From Treponemataceae bacterium (GTDB lineage Bacteria; Spirochaetota; Spirochaetia; Treponematales; Rectinemataceae): a stretch of 64,000 nt of DNA. The number at the start of each line of letters is the position of its first letter. The stretch's first letter is position 1. Under the pieces are notes generated by a model. It worked only from the letters and a program-made list of their open reading frames with translations, made no database searches and was not told the DNA's origin. The DNA is taken from contig CAXXGJ010000002.1 in assembly GCA_963677895.2 (NCBI GenBank), positions 32,001-96,000 on the forward strand, in the 5' to 3' direction. Shown here piece by piece: positions 1 to 9,749 of the stretch. The position numbers were made by a program, and so were the translations under genes.

Positions 1-2
1 TT

Positions 3-689
3 GTGCCCATCGTATCGTCGGGACGGGCGGCGACCCTCCTCGCCAAACGCTGGCTGGACAAGTACAACTACCTGCCCGATGCCTTCGTCGTGGAAGGACC
101 CATGGCAGGCGGTCACCTCGGATTCAAGGCCGAACAGATCGACGATCCCGCCTTCGCCCTCGAGAAGATCGTCCCCGAAGTGATTGCCGCGGTTCGCCCT
201 TTCGAGGAAAAATCCGGAAGGAAAATCCCCGTCATAGCTGGGGGAGGCATCTATACCGGCGCCGATATCCGGCGCTTCCTCGAACTCGGCGCGGCCGGCG
301 TCCAGATGGCTACGCGTTTTGTCGCCACCGATGAGTGCGACGCCGATCCGGCTTTCAAGGCCACCTACATGGCGGCCGGGCAGGGCGATCTGGAGATAAT
401 CAAGAGCCCCGTGGGGATGCCCGGCCGCGCCATCCGGAATGGCTTCCTGGACGACGTGGCGCGGGGCAAGAAAAAGCCCTTCGCCTGCCCCTACCACTGC
501 ATCGTCACCTGCGATATCGAAAAAGCACCCTACTGCATATCGCTCGCCCTTCTCAACGCGCAAAAAGGCAAGCTGGACAAAGGCTTTGCCTTCGCCGGCG
601 CCAACGCCTGGAGAACCGAAAAAATCGTTCCGGTGCAGGAGCTTGTGGACGAGCTCGTGAGCGAATACGAGGCTACGAGTCAAAAATAA
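3..689 (+). CDS. Nitronate monooxygenase / FabK-like FMN oxidoreductase, 5' truncated by the window edge
   Basis: Motifs VVEGPMAGGHLG, IPVIAGGGIYTG, GVQMATRFVATDECDA, SPVGMPGRAI. Confidence 0.88.
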   Translation: MPIVSSGRAATLLAKRWLDKYNYLPDAFVVEGPMAGGHLGFKAEQIDDPAFALEKIVPEVIAAVRPFEEKSGRKIPVIAGGGIYTGADIRRFLELGAAGVQMATRFVATDECDADPAFKATYMAAGQGDLEIIKSPVGMPGRAIRNGFLDDVARGKKKPFACPYHCIVTCDIEKAPYCISLALLNAQKGKLDKGFAFAGANAWRTEKIVPVQELVDELVSEYEATSQK

Positions 690-727
690 GAAGAAAGTGA
701 GTTTCTATGAAGCTACGGAACTCCTGG

Positions 728-1642
728 TCAGCCTTTTAACCCCTGTTTCTTGTCGAGCCGGCGACGAAGCCTGGCGGTAAGCTCATCCACTTCCGCGGAG
801 TATTCGCCGCTGTCGAAGAGCATGGCCTTCGTCTGAAGGATGGCTCCGCGGATCGACACGCAAATCCTGTACATGGGGTCATTTTTTTCGTCGAGGAAGA
901 GGAGCTCGTCCGGGATTCTTAGCTGATTCCCGTTCCAGAACGAATCATCGCCGGGAATCGCGAATTTGGCGACGAGCCGCCTGTTGAAATCCAGTTCATT
1001 CTTGTAGTCGTAATTGTCGGTTATATCGGTGGTGCCGGCGAGAAAACCTTCCTGAAAGTAAGGACGCAGCGCCAGCGAAGGACAGGCGCTCAAGAGCCTT
1101 ATATTGACGATCTCCTGCTCGGAGTTTATGGAAATCCCGTTGGGCATGTAGGGCAGGGCGAGAACATAGACGAAGGCTTCGGCGGCTTCCCCGCTGGATT
1201 GGGCAAAGGAGCAGGCGACCCTGAGCGATTGCGTCAGATCCAAAAGCGGGGTCTCGTGCACTTCATAGTGCTGGATGAGCGACCATTGGATGTACTGTTT
1301 TCTGCGTATCTCGTCGGCGGCGCGACGGTCGTGCTTTTTCGTCTCATCCACGAGGAGGGCGGAAATCTCCCTGAGCAGGGCGAAGTCGTACTCCAGCTTG
1401 GTCTTGGAGATCACGTTTTTTCTGTAGAGCGAGGGATAGAGGCTGCTCGCCCCCGCTTTGTTCCTGTGATCCCTGGCCTGGCCGCGGAAAAAAAGCAGGC
1501 AGTCCCTGTTCAGATAGGAAAGCTCCGCCACGATTTTCATCAGCTCATTGTAGGTTGCCACGGGATAGGCATCGCTTCGCGGCACCGAATCCCCGCAATG
1601 TCGCTTCAGCGGTTCCGTCAGTTGGGGCGTAATTTCCTTCAT
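728..1642 (-). CDS. FRG domain-containing protein
   Basis: FFRGQ, LYPSLYR, QHYEVHETPLLDLTQSLRVACSFA, R..FQEGF; TTGACT-16-TATCAT promoter at 1682-1655. Confidence 0.85.
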   Translation of the reverse strand: MKEITPQLTEPLKRHCGDSVPRSDAYPVATYNELMKIVAELSYLNRDCLLFFRGQARDHRNKAGASSLYPSLYRKNVISKTKLEYDFALLREISALLVDETKKHDRRAADEIRRKQYIQWSLIQHYEVHETPLLDLTQSLRVACSFAQSSGEAAEAFVYVLALPYMPNGISINSEQEIVNIRLLSACPSLALRPYFQEGFLAGTTDITDNYDYKNELDFNRRLVAKFAIPGDDSFWNGNQLRIPDELLFLDEKNDPMYRICVSIRGAILQTKAMLFDSGEYSAEVDELTARLRRRLDKKQGLKG

Positions 1643-1795
1643 GATATTCTCTATATGATAGGCAATCGCCCCGTAAAGTCAACCGCGGCGCGACGAGACG
1701 AATATTCTTGAAATCCTTCTTTCATGGCCTACACTTAATGCAAGCGTAGTTTTGCGGCTTATGTGCCTTTGCTTGACGAGTAAAGGAGAAGCATC

Positions 1796-2302
1796 ATGAC
1801 TATTGGAGAAGAACTGGCTTCATTGGATTTCGAGAATCTGATCGGGGGACCGTTGATTGCCGTCGTGCACGCGCAGGCATAGTCGGCGATGGCGGCTGTC
1901 ACGTTCAACTACAAGAAGAGCATCCCCAAGGCCGACGGTTCCGGGAATGAAATGAAAGACGCGAGTCTCACCGTTCCATTCCTGTCGATGCTTCCGATTC
2001 CCTATCTGCGCGTCCAGGAAGTGAACATTGATTTCCTCGCGAAAATCAATGCCATTCAATCGAGGCAGGTGGATACGAGCGTCGCCGTCACCGGGGAACT
2101 GGAAGCGAAAGCCAGTTTCCTGTGGGCCAGCGCGAAACTGAAGGTGTCCACCTCCTATCAAAGGCAGACGAAGGAGGGAAGCACGGTCACCCGCGATTAC
2201 TCGATGGGAGTCAAGGTCAAGGCGGTGCAGGATGAAATGCCCGGCGGCCTCGACCGTCTGCTGAGCATCCTTGAGTCTCTTATAAAGGAAGATATCAAAT
2301 AA
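1796..2302 (+). pseudogene. DUF2589-like protein interrupted by an in-frame TAG at 1880-1882
   Basis: SD AAGGAG, then ATG 1796: MTIGEELASLDFENLIGGPLIAVVHAQA*SAMAAVTFNYKK, in frame with ORF 1889-2302 (VPFLSMLPIPYLRV, VKVKAVQDEMPGGLDRLLSIL). Confidence 0.75.
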
Positions 2303-2316
2303 AGGAGAGTCTGCCG

Positions 2317-2721
2317 ATGACTAATCTTGGAGATGTGATAGGCGCAATCATCAGTCAGATCGACCTGGGAAGGACTCAGGCGGATCACGCGACGCTGGAT
2401 GTCGCCAATGAGTACAGGAAGGATGCGCGTCTTTCCGATTTCCCGATACCGAGGATGAGCCTGGATGAAGTGACCATCGATCTGAAAGTATCCCTAGCGG
2501 CAGGCCCTGTCTCCAGAAATGTGCTGACCCAGGAAAGCAGAACCGAAATCTTGAAAGAGCTTGAAGAAAAAGTGGGCAAACTACCCAAGTCTGACACTAC
2601 GCTGGCAACGATTTTCAAGGAAACTCCGGATCTCGAGAACGAATGGAAACTGAAGGCTGATCAAATAATCAAAAAACTGTCTGGCATATTCCAAGCTGAT
2701 ACCGAAAAGTGGAAAAATTGA
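2317..2721 (+). CDS. Hypothetical protein, probably 3'-truncated at the island junction
   Basis: SD AAGGAG; N-terminus LGDVIGAIISQI..QAD..PIPRMSLDEVTIDLKV resembles the upstream DUF2589-like gene; ends abruptly before an AT-richer stretch. Confidence 0.6.
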   Translation: MTNLGDVIGAIISQIDLGRTQADHATLDVANEYRKDARLSDFPIPRMSLDEVTIDLKVSLAAGPVSRNVLTQESRTEILKELEEKVGKLPKSDTTLATIFKETPDLENEWKLKADQIIKKLSGIFQADTEKWKN

Positions 2722-2889
2722 TCTCGAAGTGACAAAAATCCATCTAGAGATCGCTGAGCGAAGCATATAAGCCCATTTAAAAGTGCTGGAATATTTGCTG
2801 CAGCTTCATATGTTTCGCGGCGTCGCGCCGTATTTCCGGGAAGCCCATAGCTCCAAGTGTGTGGCCTTGCGCGGTAAGCTGACTCATTC

Positions 2890-2926
2890 TGGTGAAATAT
2901 TCACCACGATGGTGAAAAATCTTCAG
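2890..2926. promoter_or_regulatory. Candidate enhancer (UAS) for a sigma54 activator
   Basis: TGGTGAA-ATA-TTCACCA (2890-2906) plus a weaker copy TGGTGAAAAATCTTCA at 2910, about 150-170 bp upstream of a -24/-12 promoter. Confidence 0.5.
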
Positions 2927-3059
2927 AGTGGATATCATCAAGAATTTTACAGCGCTGTATTTGCCATCATATCCCACTGCCCTTTCTCGCAGATGCTAGA
3001 ATTTTTCGCGGATCATATCTCTTTTAGGAAAGGGTGAATCTATCTTTTTACATGTCTTT

Positions 3060-3076
3060 TTGGCACGGATGCTGCA
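3060..3076 (+). promoter_or_regulatory. Sigma54 (-24/-12) promoter
   Basis: TTGGCACG-GATG-CTGCA with exact GG-N10-GC spacing; a GAFTGA activator is encoded in the same cassette. Confidence 0.8.
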
Positions 3077-3088
3077 TATACGTATTTA

Positions 3089-4420
3089 ATGCATTCACCT
3101 TGGTTTATCATTGCCGATGACTTCACGGGCTCGGGCGATTCGGCCGTCCAATTCCGATCCGAGGGTAGCCCTGCCCGGTTAGTGATTAACCCTACTATCG
3201 ATACTCTGGATACGAAGCGAAGTTCGGCGATCGTCGTGAACACGGATTCGCGATATCTCTCCAGCGGAGAGTGCTACGCTTCGGTGCGCGCGACGACGGA
3301 ATTCCTAACCAAGTCGGGCGCGAAGCGCTTCTTCAAGAAGATCGACTCGACGATGCGAGGTCACATTGAAGATGAGGTCGCCGCCATGATGGACGGCGCC
3401 GGCTTCGGTCGCGCTCTCGTCTGTCCAGCGGCGCCGCGGAACGGTCGAACGGTAATCGACGGGATTTGTCTCGTAGATGGAAAACCGGTGGATTCTCACG
3501 CATCGGCCAGGGATCCTTTCACTCCGGTGGACGAAGGGCAGGTCGCCGCCCATTTCGAACGGCGCTTTGCTGGGCGCATAGCCCAAATCCCCCTTGCCAC
3601 AGTCAGGAAGGGGACGATGGCGCTGCTGAATGCCATGGATGAAGCGCCGAATAGCGCATGTCTCTTTACGGCAGATGCCGCTACTCTATCCGACCTAGCC
3701 ATTATCGCCTCCGTCGCCGATATCCCTGGCCTCCTTCTCGCCGGATCTTCCGGGCTGGCCGAGGCTTTGGCGTATCGCGACATTCAGTTGGAGTCCGGTC
3801 CCTCCACCGCTACTGGCGTCACGAAGTTACCTCTAGGACAGATCGCCTTTTTTATCGGTTCCGTGACCCCTACAAGTAGCGCCCAATGCGCTTGCCTCGC
3901 CGCTTTGGACGACGTGGTGTGTCTTGTTGTCGATGGTAAGGCCGCGGCCTACGACCCTGAGATGGAAATGCGACGCATGCTCGGCCTCATACAACATACG
4001 CCGACGGGAAAAGCCCTTCTGATCCACACCGATCCGCTGAGTCCAGATGTGTCCTTCAATGGTATAAAAGAAATGGGCAGCTTGATCTCCCGTTTCCTCG
4101 GGAGCCTTGCACTAGCCGTATCGCGTAAGCGGAACCTACGCTTCCTCTTTGTCATGGGGGGCGACACGGCCGCTCGCATAACGGCATCGCTTGGCGCCGA
4201 TTATATCGACTTCACGGACGAACTGCTTCCCGGGTTGCCTTATGGATACTTTGATTCTGGCGAGTTAGGGCGTCGCGTTTTTTTCGCCAGTAAATCAGGC
4301 GGCTTCGGCTCGGCCGATGCCCTACTGAAAGTCCTGGCCCGCACAGCCGCCGCAGATGAGCAGGAAGTTACGGCGACGGCGGCTAAGAACCCGCGCGAAG
4401 CCAAGGAGATTATTGTATGA
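3089..4420 (+). CDS. Four-carbon acid-sugar kinase family (DUF1537, DtnK/DenK-like)
   Basis: IADDFTGSGD, NTDSR, FKKIDSTMRG, GSSGLA, GGDTA, SKSGGFG; clustered with pdxA2. Confidence 0.9.
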   Translation: MHSPWFIIADDFTGSGDSAVQFRSEGSPARLVINPTIDTLDTKRSSAIVVNTDSRYLSSGECYASVRATTEFLTKSGAKRFFKKIDSTMRGHIEDEVAAMMDGAGFGRALVCPAAPRNGRTVIDGICLVDGKPVDSHASARDPFTPVDEGQVAAHFERRFAGRIAQIPLATVRKGTMALLNAMDEAPNSACLFTADAATLSDLAIIASVADIPGLLLAGSSGLAEALAYRDIQLESGPSTATGVTKLPLGQIAFFIGSVTPTSSAQCACLAALDDVVCLVVDGKAAAYDPEMEMRRMLGLIQHTPTGKALLIHTDPLSPDVSFNGIKEMGSLISRFLGSLALAVSRKRNLRFLFVMGGDTAARITASLGADYIDFTDELLPGLPYGYFDSGELGRRVFFASKSGGFGSADALLKVLARTAAADEQEVTATAAKNPREAKEIIV

Positions 4421-5568
4421 AAGCATTTTCAATAGTGTCGCCCTCGCGTGTCATCTTCGGGGCAGGCAAGACAGCTGAAATTCCCGAGATAGTAAAGAGT
4501 CTAGCCAAAGATGGCAGTCTCCTAATCCTCAGCGACAAGGGCGTATCGAGCACTGGTGTACCCGCTAAGGTAGCCACAGCCCTCTCCGCGGCCGGTTACA
4601 TGGCGTCAGTGATGGACACCGTTCCTCCTGAGCCCTCTACCCATGATCTGGACGCTATCGCGGCGACCCTAAAAGGCACGAAGGCTGCCGCTATCGTGGC
4701 TATCGGCGGCGGTTCCGTCATGGACGCGGCCAAGGTGCTCGCTATACTCGCCCGCACAGGTTGGACTACTTCCGAACTAGCCGACCGAGGCGTTCCCGGC
4801 CGCGGCACGCCCACCGTGATGATTCCGACGACGGCGGGCACGGGCTCCGAGTCTACGCCCAACGCTATCGTCCTTTTTCCCGAAAAAAACCTGAAAGTGG
4901 GCATCGTTAGCCCCGATTTCATGCCCGACAGGGTTGTCCTCGATCCGGAACTTACCCTGGGGCTTCCCCCGAGACTCACCGCATCCACGGGTGTGGACGC
5001 CTTCTGCCATCTTTTAGAGTGCTTCATCTCTCGAAAAGCCAATCCTATGAGCGACATGATGGCGCGCGAAGGCATGAGACTCCTTCTGCCGACTCTGCCC
5101 ATCGCCTACCGGAACGGCACCGACCTAGAGGCACGCTCCGCGGTCATGCTCGCGGCGTACTATGGCGGAGCCTGCATCGCGGCGTCGGGAACTACCGCCA
5201 TCCATGCGCTCTCCTATCCGCTCGGCGGCACCTACAGGATTCCTCACGGCGTGGCCAACGCCGCTCTTCTCGTGCCTGTCATGAGCTATCAGAAGGATCG
5301 GATAGCTCCGAGGCTTGCCGATGCCGCTCGGGCTGCCGGCATGCCTGCCATGGGAAGCGATGAGGCCGACGCTGACGCTCTTATAGGGCGACTTCGAGAG
5401 CTTGTGAAGGAGTTGAACATCCCCTCGAGCCTCTCCGCCCTTGGCGTTCCCAAGAGTGATCTGGGCAGCCTCACGGAAGCCGCATACGGCGTACGCAGGC
5501 TCCTCGACAATAACCCTGTGGAACTCGCTCGCGAGGATATCCGCGCGATTTACGAGAGCGTGAGGTAA
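4417..5568 (+). CDS. Iron-containing alcohol dehydrogenase family protein
   Basis: IGGGSVMDAAK, PTTAGTGSE, DAFCHLLE, HALSYPLG, PHGVANA. Confidence 0.92.
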   Translation: MKAFSIVSPSRVIFGAGKTAEIPEIVKSLAKDGSLLILSDKGVSSTGVPAKVATALSAAGYMASVMDTVPPEPSTHDLDAIAATLKGTKAAAIVAIGGGSVMDAAKVLAILARTGWTTSELADRGVPGRGTPTVMIPTTAGTGSESTPNAIVLFPEKNLKVGIVSPDFMPDRVVLDPELTLGLPPRLTASTGVDAFCHLLECFISRKANPMSDMMAREGMRLLLPTLPIAYRNGTDLEARSAVMLAAYYGGACIAASGTTAIHALSYPLGGTYRIPHGVANAALLVPVMSYQKDRIAPRLADAARAAGMPAMGSDEADADALIGRLRELVKELNIPSSLSALGVPKSDLGSLTEAAYGVRRLLDNNPVELAREDIRAIYESVR

Positions 5569-5575
5569 GGACTAA

Positions 5576-6622
5576 ATGAAAAAACCGATTATCGGCATTT
5601 CGATGGGCGATCCCGCAGGTATCGGCCCCGAAATCGCGGCGAAGGCCTTGGGAAAAAAGGAAATCTATGAAAAGTGCTGGCCTCTCGTAATCGGCGACGC
5701 TTCGGTCATGGAACAGGCTGTTCGAATCGCCAAGGTAAGTCTGAAGGTGAACGCGGTCGAAAAGCCATCGCAGGCTAAGTTTGGACATGGGACGATTGAT
5801 GTCGTCGATCTCAAAGATGTTGATATCGCGAAACTTGAGTATGGCAAGGTGTCGGCCATGGGCGGAAAAGCGGCCTTCGAGGCCGTGAAGAAAGTGATTG
5901 ACCTGGCTATGACAGGCGAGGTAGACGCCACGGTTACGGGACCGCTGAACAAGGAGGCCCTCAATTTAGCCGGCTATCACTACGCGGGACACACCGAGAT
6001 ATACGCCAAATTCACCAATACCAAGCACTACACAATGATGCTCGCGGAGGGGAAGCTGCGCGTCGTTCACATATCCACCCACGTATCGCTCAGGGAGGCT
6101 TGCGACAAGGTCAAAAAGGACCGGGTCTACGCTGTTATCAAGCTAGCCTACGAAGCGATGAAAGCCTTCGGAATCGACAATCCGCGGATAGGCGTCGCCG
6201 GCCTCAACCCCCACGCGGGGGACGGCGGTCTCTTCGGTTCCGAAGAGGCGGACGAGATCATGCCGGCGATCCTGAAAGCCCGCGCCGAGGGCCTGGTGGT
6301 TGATGGTCCCGTTCCTCCGGACACGCTCTTTCCCAAGGCTCTGGGCGGCCAGTACGACATCGTCGTGGCCATGTACCACGACCAGGGTCATATCCCCCTG
6401 AAGATGGTGGGTTTTATCTGGAACGAAACGGAAAAGCGTTGGAACTCGGTGAGCGGCGTGAATATAACCCTTGGCCTGCCTATTATCCGTACCTCGGTGG
6501 ACCACGGAACGGCCTTCGACAAAGCGGGTATGGGTATCGCGACCGACGAAAGCCTCATAAACGCCATAGACTATGCTATACATTTCGCGTGCCAGCGCAT
6601 CGTGAAGAAAGAGGTCGGATGA
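5576..6622 (+). CDS. pdxA: PdxA family (PdxA2-type) 4-phospho-tetronate / 4-hydroxythreonine-4-phosphate dehydrogenase
   Basis: MGDPAGIGPE, GHTE, STHVSL, LNPHAG, MYHDQGHIPLK, RTSVDHGTAFD. Confidence 0.93.
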   Translation: MKKPIIGISMGDPAGIGPEIAAKALGKKEIYEKCWPLVIGDASVMEQAVRIAKVSLKVNAVEKPSQAKFGHGTIDVVDLKDVDIAKLEYGKVSAMGGKAAFEAVKKVIDLAMTGEVDATVTGPLNKEALNLAGYHYAGHTEIYAKFTNTKHYTMMLAEGKLRVVHISTHVSLREACDKVKKDRVYAVIKLAYEAMKAFGIDNPRIGVAGLNPHAGDGGLFGSEEADEIMPAILKARAEGLVVDGPVPPDTLFPKALGGQYDIVVAMYHDQGHIPLKMVGFIWNETEKRWNSVSGVNITLGLPIIRTSVDHGTAFDKAGMGIATDESLINAIDYAIHFACQRIVKKEVG

Positions 6623-6713
6623 GGGATTATTAGCCGACCCGGGATTATGATTTTTACAGCAGCGCGCCTGAGCGCGCCTACCATAACGGAGCGGATATTT
6701 TTAGGAGCGTACT

Positions 6714-7622
6714 ATGAAGAAATATTTCGGTGTAATTCCCCCTATAATCACGCCTGTGGACGAACGCGAGAACGTGGATGAGACCGGCTTTCGCAGACTT
6801 TTGGACTGGTGCGTTGACTGCGGCTTGCATGGGATTTTCGTCGCCGGATCGAACGGCGAGACGATGGCGCTTACGCAAGAGCAGCGTGACAGAGCGATAC
6901 GCATCGCCATCGATCAGGTGGGTTCGAAAGTCCCTGTCATGGCGGGCGTCATGGACACGAGCACCAGGCGCGTCATCGAGAATATCAAACGACTCGAGCA
7001 AATGGGCGGAACTTGCGCTGTCGTGACTTCGATTTTCTATGCGCGCCATACATCGCAGGATGAGACGATTCGTCACTTCGAGAAAATTTCGCGCGAAACG
7101 AACATAGATCTTGTCATCTACAATATACCAATGTTCACCGGCCTCAGCCTTACTTTCGACACAGTCAGGAAAATATCAGCAATCGATAAAGTTGTGGGAT
7201 ACAAGGACTCGGGCGGAAATTTCCCTGATTTTGAAAAAGCCTTGAGCTATTTCAAAGCGACCGATTTTTGCCTGCTCCAGGGAGCCACGAACCTCGCGGC
7301 GGCCAGCATGCTTCTAGGCGCCGACGGCTTCATCCCCTCGATCGCCCCGCTTTTCCCCGGGCTATTTGTGGCGGTATACGAAGCAGGGAGATCTGGCGAT
7401 ATCGAGAAGACGATGAAGTTGAATGACCTTATGGCCGAAACCTCAAAGATCCTGGCGCTTTCGAAAAACGCGACGGCGTCGAACAAATTCGCCCTAAGCC
7501 AGCTCGGCTTCACGCATAAGCGCGTCATTGCGCCGCAGGACGAGACGACTCAGGCAGACGAGGACGCGATCGTGGGGAAGACGGCGGAAATCAAAGCGGC
7601 GATCGCTGCCTTGGGCTTTTGA
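6714..7622 (+). CDS. DHDPS/NAL-family class I aldolase
   Basis: GVIPPIITP, GSNGE, IYNIP, Schiff-base GYKDSGG. Confidence 0.9.
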   Translation: MKKYFGVIPPIITPVDERENVDETGFRRLLDWCVDCGLHGIFVAGSNGETMALTQEQRDRAIRIAIDQVGSKVPVMAGVMDTSTRRVIENIKRLEQMGGTCAVVTSIFYARHTSQDETIRHFEKISRETNIDLVIYNIPMFTGLSLTFDTVRKISAIDKVVGYKDSGGNFPDFEKALSYFKATDFCLLQGATNLAAASMLLGADGFIPSIAPLFPGLFVAVYEAGRSGDIEKTMKLNDLMAETSKILALSKNATASNKFALSQLGFTHKRVIAPQDETTQADEDAIVGKTAEIKAAIAALGF

Positions 7623-7639
7623 GCAGGAAGGACTGTTAT

Positions 7640-8614
7640 ATGCATTCGATAGTGCTTTCGCATCCCCTCTACAAGCCCGGGATGGACGCGTTGGTCGGCA
7701 AGGCCGACCTGATCATTCCCAACGACGGTGATTCGGACCGTATCCTCGAGCAGCTCAAGAAAGCTGACGGCTTTATTCTCCGCATAGGGAAGATTGACCG
7801 GAAGGCGATCGAAGCCTGTCCGAACCTACGGGTGATCACGCGGCCCGGTGTCGGGGTGGACAACGTCGATGTCGCCGCGGCAACCGAGAAGGGAATTCCG
7901 GTTGTGATCTGCCCGTCGGCAAATTCGCGCGCCGTGGCGGAACATACGGTAGCCCTTATGTTTGCCTTGGCGAAGAACCTTATCGAGAGCGATAACGAAA
8001 CCCGAAAGGGCAATTTCGGGATACGCAATAAATACGCGGCTATTGAGCTCGCAGACAAGACCTTGTCGGTGATTGGTTTCGGCAACATAGGGAAGATCGT
8101 AGCCCGTCTGTGCGCTTCGATCGGTATGAAGATCGTAGCCTACGACCCGTTCATCGAAAAGAAGGCTGTGGAGGTATTGGGGTACCACCATGTTGAAACG
8201 ATCGAAGAAGCAGTAGCGTTGGGCGATTTTGTAACGCTGCACATGCCCTCTTTCCTTGAGACGAAGAATCTCATGAACGAGGCGCTCATCGCGCTTATGA
8301 AGCCGACGGCTTTCCTGGTGAATTGCGCTCGAGGCGACATCGTGGATGAAGCAGCTCTCCTGAAGGCGCTGGCTGACAAGCGAATCTCGGGCGCAGGTGT
8401 CGACGTGCTGTCCGCGGAACCTATGAAAGCGGAAAATCCGATCATGAAGTTGGCAAACCTAATCGTAACGCCGCATATGGCGGCGCAGACGCAGGAAAGC
8501 ACCGCCGCGGTAGTGCGAATGGCGGTGGAAGGCACGTTGGCCGTGCTCGATGGCGTGAAATGGCCGAACGTATGCAACCCGCAGGCATACGATCACCCAC
8601 GGTGGGTGGAATGA
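7640..8614 (+). CDS. D-isomer-specific 2-hydroxyacid dehydrogenase
   Basis: GVGVDNVD, IGFGNIG, NCARG, TPHMAA; start placed at the ATG after SD GGAAGG. Confidence 0.92.
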   Translation: MHSIVLSHPLYKPGMDALVGKADLIIPNDGDSDRILEQLKKADGFILRIGKIDRKAIEACPNLRVITRPGVGVDNVDVAAATEKGIPVVICPSANSRAVAEHTVALMFALAKNLIESDNETRKGNFGIRNKYAAIELADKTLSVIGFGNIGKIVARLCASIGMKIVAYDPFIEKKAVEVLGYHHVETIEEAVALGDFVTLHMPSFLETKNLMNEALIALMKPTAFLVNCARGDIVDEAALLKALADKRISGAGVDVLSAEPMKAENPIMKLANLIVTPHMAAQTQESTAAVVRMAVEGTLAVLDGVKWPNVCNPQAYDHPRWVE

Positions 8615-8669
8615 CGTTGGAATCTTTCCGCGGAATGTCGCGGGTAGATAAAATTTATCGGAGGCGTTT

Positions 8670-9635
8670 ATGAGAAACAAGCTGTTGGTTCTCGGGCTCG
8701 TCATGCTATTTGCGATCGGCGCTGGCGTATCAGCGGATAATTTTCCGTCCAAACCTATCCGTATGATCGTTCCATGGAGCGCCGGCGGCGGCAGCGACGT
8801 GCTGTGCCGGACCTTTCAACCGGCTCTTGAAAAGGCGCTCGGCCAGCGTATTTTGATCGAGAATATTCCCGCCGGGGCTACTGTCGTCGGAACTATGGAA
8901 CTTCTTAAGTCGAAAGCTGACGGTTACACGCTGCTGTTCTCCAACGAAGCGTGGATAACCCGCTATTACGCGAAATCCTATACGGAAAAAGTGTGGGAAA
9001 AAATGACGCCTATTGCTAACGTTACATCGGAGCCCTTGGCTTGCATCGAAGTCAGGGTCGATTCTCCAATTAAAACCTGGGACGATCTTGTGAAAGCCGC
9101 TAGGGCTAATCCTGGAAAACTCACATGCGGCAATGCCGGTGTGGGATCTCCTCTCGATATCGCCTTCGATGCTATCCTTAAGTCGGTGGGTGTAGAAATA
9201 CAGTACGTTCCTTTCGCAGGCGGCGGCGCTTCCAAAACCGCCATGCTCGGCGGCCACGTCGATTTCCGCGTCTGTCAGCCAACCGAAGCCATCCCCAGCG
9301 TCAAAGGCGGACTTTCCCGCGTGATCGCGGTCTGCAACGACAAACGCCTTTCCACGCTTCCCGACGCTCCTACGTTCAAGGAATTGGGCATGAACGTCGA
9401 CGACCAGTACAAAATCATCCGCGGTATCTGGGCTCCCGCTAACGTACCGGCTGACATTGTCCAGAAGCTTTCTTCAATGGTAGAGACGGCGACGAAAGAC
9501 GCGACCTTCATCGCGGCGGCCGAGAAAATGTCCTATGAAGTCGACTATCGCAATTCTGCCCAGGTCCGCGCATTCGTGCTCAACTTCGACAAGCAGTTCG
9601 GACCCCTGCTCGAAAAGATCATGAGCGGCAAATAG
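8670..9635 (+). CDS. tctC: Tripartite tricarboxylate transporter substrate-binding protein
   Basis: Signal peptide; FPSKPIRMIVPWSAGGGSD, ADGYTLL, MLGGHVD, LPDAPTFKELG. Confidence 0.92.
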   Translation: MRNKLLVLGLVMLFAIGAGVSADNFPSKPIRMIVPWSAGGGSDVLCRTFQPALEKALGQRILIENIPAGATVVGTMELLKSKADGYTLLFSNEAWITRYYAKSYTEKVWEKMTPIANVTSEPLACIEVRVDSPIKTWDDLVKAARANPGKLTCGNAGVGSPLDIAFDAILKSVGVEIQYVPFAGGGASKTAMLGGHVDFRVCQPTEAIPSVKGGLSRVIAVCNDKRLSTLPDAPTFKELGMNVDDQYKIIRGIWAPANVPADIVQKLSSMVETATKDATFIAAAEKMSYEVDYRNSAQVRAFVLNFDKQFGPLLEKIMSGK

Positions 9636-9749
9636 TGAAGGCGACAGCCGCGCTATTTACCGATATTGCGTTGATGTCCGCGCCCGGTCTGCATATTCTG
9701 GGCGCGGGACTTTATTATGGAGATTCTATAGATGCGGAGGGAAGCGTAC

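Noticed and set aside
1880..1882. Amber recoding (pyrrolysine) in the DUF2589-like gene
   Set aside because: No pyl genes in the window, TAG is a normal stop for trpS and mgtE, and the locus shows other decay.
2783..3037. 84-aa ORF and the opposite 66-aa ORF
   Set aside because: No SD or motifs; the region is better explained as junction scars plus a sigma54 enhancer.
5576..6622. pdxA as evidence for DXP-dependent vitamin B6 synthesis
   Set aside because: The context is catabolic (DUF1537 kinase, TTT), no pdxJ is in the window, and pdxST is present.
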